Below are positions 60,666 to 64,000 of a stretch of 64,000 bases of DNA, in pieces. Under the pieces are notes generated by a model that worked only from the letters and a program-made list of their open reading frames with translations, was not told the DNA's origin and did not search any database. Position 1 is the stretch's first letter, and each line of letters begins with the position of its first letter. The DNA comes from Yuukianura sp. NJ FZ-2021 (Eukaryota): NCBI GenBank assembly GCA_046563655.1, contig CM102287.1, positions 4,650,001 to 4,714,000 on the forward strand. Direction: 5' to 3'. The position numbers were made by a program, and so were the translations under genes.

Positions 60666-62072
60666 CAACTTCTGCACTTACGGAGACCATACGACGACAA
60701 TCCCAAGCGAATTACAAATCAAACGGAAATTAGTGACAGTATACCCACCATGTTGGTGCTGCACAATTGAAGGAAACAGAAAATTGTTCTTTAGAAACTT
60801 AGGAAAACTCTTGTCAGCTCTTAAAATGTGGGTGCTAGAGTTGTGGTTTAGGAATCAAAAATCTTGTCCGCCATCTTAATTAATTTTCCAGCTAAACAGT
60901 TTAGGTTTAATGGTAACTTTATGCAGGATTTGTTAAATCCTGACCTTTGTAACACTTTAGAAAGATTTTTGTAGAACTGGTTAAATCGGCAGATATTTAG
61001 TAGGTATCATCACTTTAGCAAAATGAAAATTCAAAATTCTGAGGTTCAATTTAAGGGAATTTCCCGTAAATTGTAGGGTGGCTGAAAGGCTCTCAAAATT
61101 TCTTCCACTCTTCAGAACAAAGTTGAGATAGAAAAGACAATTTTGTGGATTCCAAAAAAGCTGAGCAAGATTTCACTGGAACAAACTTAAAAATTTAGTA
61201 CTTCGAAAAACACTTTTCCCAGCGGAAATAATTAACTTAAGGAAAACAATAATAATTATTGTAATAGTTAGTTAAAGTTAGTTTAAACTTCTGAGAGAAT
61301 GTTACTGTTTTTAGTCTTGTAATGAGGCCAAAAGGTCCTTCATTCCTAAAAAATCAAGATTCTGCTGGATACTGGAGAAGAAATTCTCTCGAAATTTAGA
61401 GAAAAATTGTATCTAACTACTGTTGAAACTCCAGATTCCAAAGAATTTAGATGTCTCACGTTGTTCTTGAATTAGACTTTGTGGGGAGATTCTACATCTC
61501 AACTAAGCGAAGTGTTAAAAAGTACTTAAAAGATTCTAAAACTTATTAGATTTTCTCCACTTGTGAGAAAGAGACAAATGAATCAAAAAACCGAATTGTG
61601 ATATGTGTTTCTGTTAATTCTTGAATTGTAATGGTTAAACTCCCCTGTTAGCCCTCCCCCTTGTTATTTTACAGAGTGTGCTTCCAACATTTCTCAAAAT
61701 GACTCCCGGGTCGAATCCTAAACATTGTTGAATTATTTAGCAGTTATTATAATCATTTAGAATTTAATTTCCCAAAAAAAAAATTTATTGACAAAAGCTA
61801 AACTGCCCTAACTCTCACTTCATTCCTGAAGTTGGAAACACTCGAAATAAAACCGTGAAAGTTCGGTGCTGATGCAATATGTTACTCGTAAAAATAAGAT
61901 ATGAATTTGCAAAGCTTTTTTTTGAATTGTTGGAGTATGTTATATAGTTCGATTTGAAAAATTTGCAAATTTTATGCACACTTTTTGCGCCGATAGAAGT
62001 GCCATCTCCGTCAATTTGAGAGACGGAGATGCTGGAAGTATTGCAAAGAAATTGTGAAGGAAAATGCAAGAA

Positions 62073-63935
62073 CGAAATTCAGTTTGTTTTGCGTTAATTT
62101 GAAGATTTTACAGCGTCTCGAATTGGCAAAAATGCTGCGTCTTTAAGCGTGTTTGAATAGGGCAGAGATTCTGTGTGCAAGTGGGATTTTGTGAGATTTG
62201 AGATAGGGGAATATACGGAGCAAAAAGGGCTTCCCCCCTCGTCCTTTGTTGTGCCGCCGAGGCGAGTGCCGGGAAAAAAAAATAAAAATTGAGAGTGGCA
62301 GGGAAACTTTTGGAGCCGTACGATCCCCTTGCAGCTCCGGACACTTTTCAGAAGACTCCTCAACTTCACCATGCAAAATCTCTCTCAGAAAATTAAAAAA
62401 AATTTTTAAATGTGAAAATTCATATCTTCAGAAGGAAATGCGTTAGAGAGCTAATCTCTTCGCGAATAAGTTCAGAAAAATGTGCAGAATTTTGCAAGGT
62501 GGAAATTTTGCAACTTTTGCAAAAACTCCAAAACTTTAAAAATTAATATCTCGTGAATGGAATGCATTATAGAGCTAATCTCTTCGCGTCTAAATTCAGA
62601 GGGACATGAAGTATTTTTAGAAAATTTAAAACAGTCAAATCGGAGCACAAAGTTTTTCGACGATTTTTGTAAAAAACGCAAAGACTATAGTCTTTGCATT
62701 TTTTCAAATTTCATCAAAATTTTGAAGGTGCGTTTTTCGCAAAATTTTTGCACCAAATTATGCGAAATGTTGTCTTGCAACGTGAACGGGACGAAAGGTC
62801 CACAGAAATTGCAACAAAGTTGAAATTTTTAGAAATTTCTAAAAACGGAAAACTAAATCTGCTTGAGAAGCAGAACCATTTTTTTTATTCATTCCTTCCA
62901 TCAGTAGAACATCAGCACAGCATCAGTACAACAACAGACTGAAAAAGTTGAGCCAAGAAGTGGTCACTTTTGAATGGATTAATCCCTCAACTTTTTCATC
63001 CATTCAAACTACCTCCATACAAAACATCCCAAAATTCAAAAATACTTTGCGAATTCATATTTTACGAACAGATCTCTTTTCAGCGCTATCCTGTTTTTTG
63101 CAAAATTCTGCACATTTTTCTGAATTTATTCGAGAAGAGATTAACTCTCTAATGCATTCCATTCACGAGAGATATGAATTTTTAAAGTTTTGAAGTTTTT
63201 GCAAAAGTTGCAAAATTTCCACCTTGCAAAATTCTGCACATGTCGTATGACTAGATCCGAGCGCTGGAGCCACAGAAATTGCTGCAAAGTGGAAATTTTT
63301 CCAAGTTAAAAACTGCTAAAAATGAGTGTGTTGGTAGTTGGTAGCGAAAAAGTTGAGTCGTAAAGTGAGGATTTTTGAATGGATTAATCCCTCAACTTTT
63401 TCATCCATTCAAACTATCTATATACAAAATATTCCAAAATTCAAAAAAACTTTGCAAATTCATATCTTACGAACAGATTGCCTCCCAGCGTTATTCTCTT
63501 CTTTGCAAAATTCTGCACATTTTCCTGAATTTATTCGCAAAGAGATTAGCTCTCTAGCACATTTCGTTTTGCAGATATGAAATTTCAAAGTTTTAAGTTT
63601 TTTTTTAATTTTCTGAGAGAGATTTAGCATGGTGAAGTTGAGGAGTCTTCTGAAAAGTGTCCGGAGCTGCAAGGGGATCGTACGGCTCCAAAAGTTTCCC
63701 TGCCACTCTCAATTTTTATTTTTTTTTCCCAGCACTCGCTTCGGCGGCACAACAAAGGACGAGGGGGGAAGCCCTTTATGCTCCGTACATTCCCCTATCT
63801 CAAATCTCACAAAATCCCACTAGCACTCGGAGTCGGAATCGTTTCCATATTCAAAACACGCTTAAAGGCGAAACATTTTTGCCAATTCGAGACGCCGCAA
63901 ATTCTTCAAACTAACGCAAAACAAACTGAATTTCG
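62073..63935. mobile_element. Foldback-type long inverted repeat, ~1.9 kb
   Basis: Arm 62073-~62497 is the reverse complement of ~63503-63935; the ORF-track peptide MVKLRSLLKSVRSCKGIVRLQKFPCHSQF appears on both strands. An inner IR pairs ~62481-62600 with ~63119-63241, and an internal direct repeat pairs ~62945-63150 with ~63348-63555. No TSD or transposase was seen. Confidence 0.8.
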
Positions 63936-64000
63936 CGATTTCATCGCTGTACGTCAAAAATCTTATAATTTTCGTGGATTTTTATTGTTTAATCAGCAGA

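Noticed and set aside
62094..63914. Duplicated short ORFs in the foldback arms
   Set aside because: They only reflect the inverted and direct repeats; stop positions differ between copies and there is no transposase motif.

Overview
AT-rich, intron-rich animal genomic DNA, probably an arthropod or other protostome judging from the Rab39, ensconsin and tomosyn sequences. It is not prokaryotic, so most ORF-track entries are exon fragments or noise. Manual exon assembly gives six protein-coding genes: SLC35F-family transporter (+, 5' end outside the window), DCAF6 (-), Rab39 (-), ensconsin/MAP7 (+), an orphan secreted coiled-coil glycoprotein (+) and tomosyn/STXBP5 (+, ~26.5 kb). Main points of interest: (1) an 827-bp internally deleted P-superfamily transposon in tomosyn intron 2, with bipartite inverted repeats, a perfect 8-bp TSD and THAP plus transposase C-terminal remnants; (2) frame-enforced mutually exclusive tomosyn exons followed by a nested long-range intronic RNA duplex with a possible competing partner; (3) a putative spliced non-coding transcript divergent from Rab39, with a box C/D (K-turn)-like hairpin in one intron; (4) three NPF motifs in ensconsin; (5) a ~1.9-kb foldback inverted repeat; (6) a hAT-like MITE; (7) a stop-interrupted orphan reading frame head-to-head with ensconsin. 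No tRNA, rRNA or CRISPR array was recognised. All coordinates were read by eye and all homology calls are from memory, without database searches.
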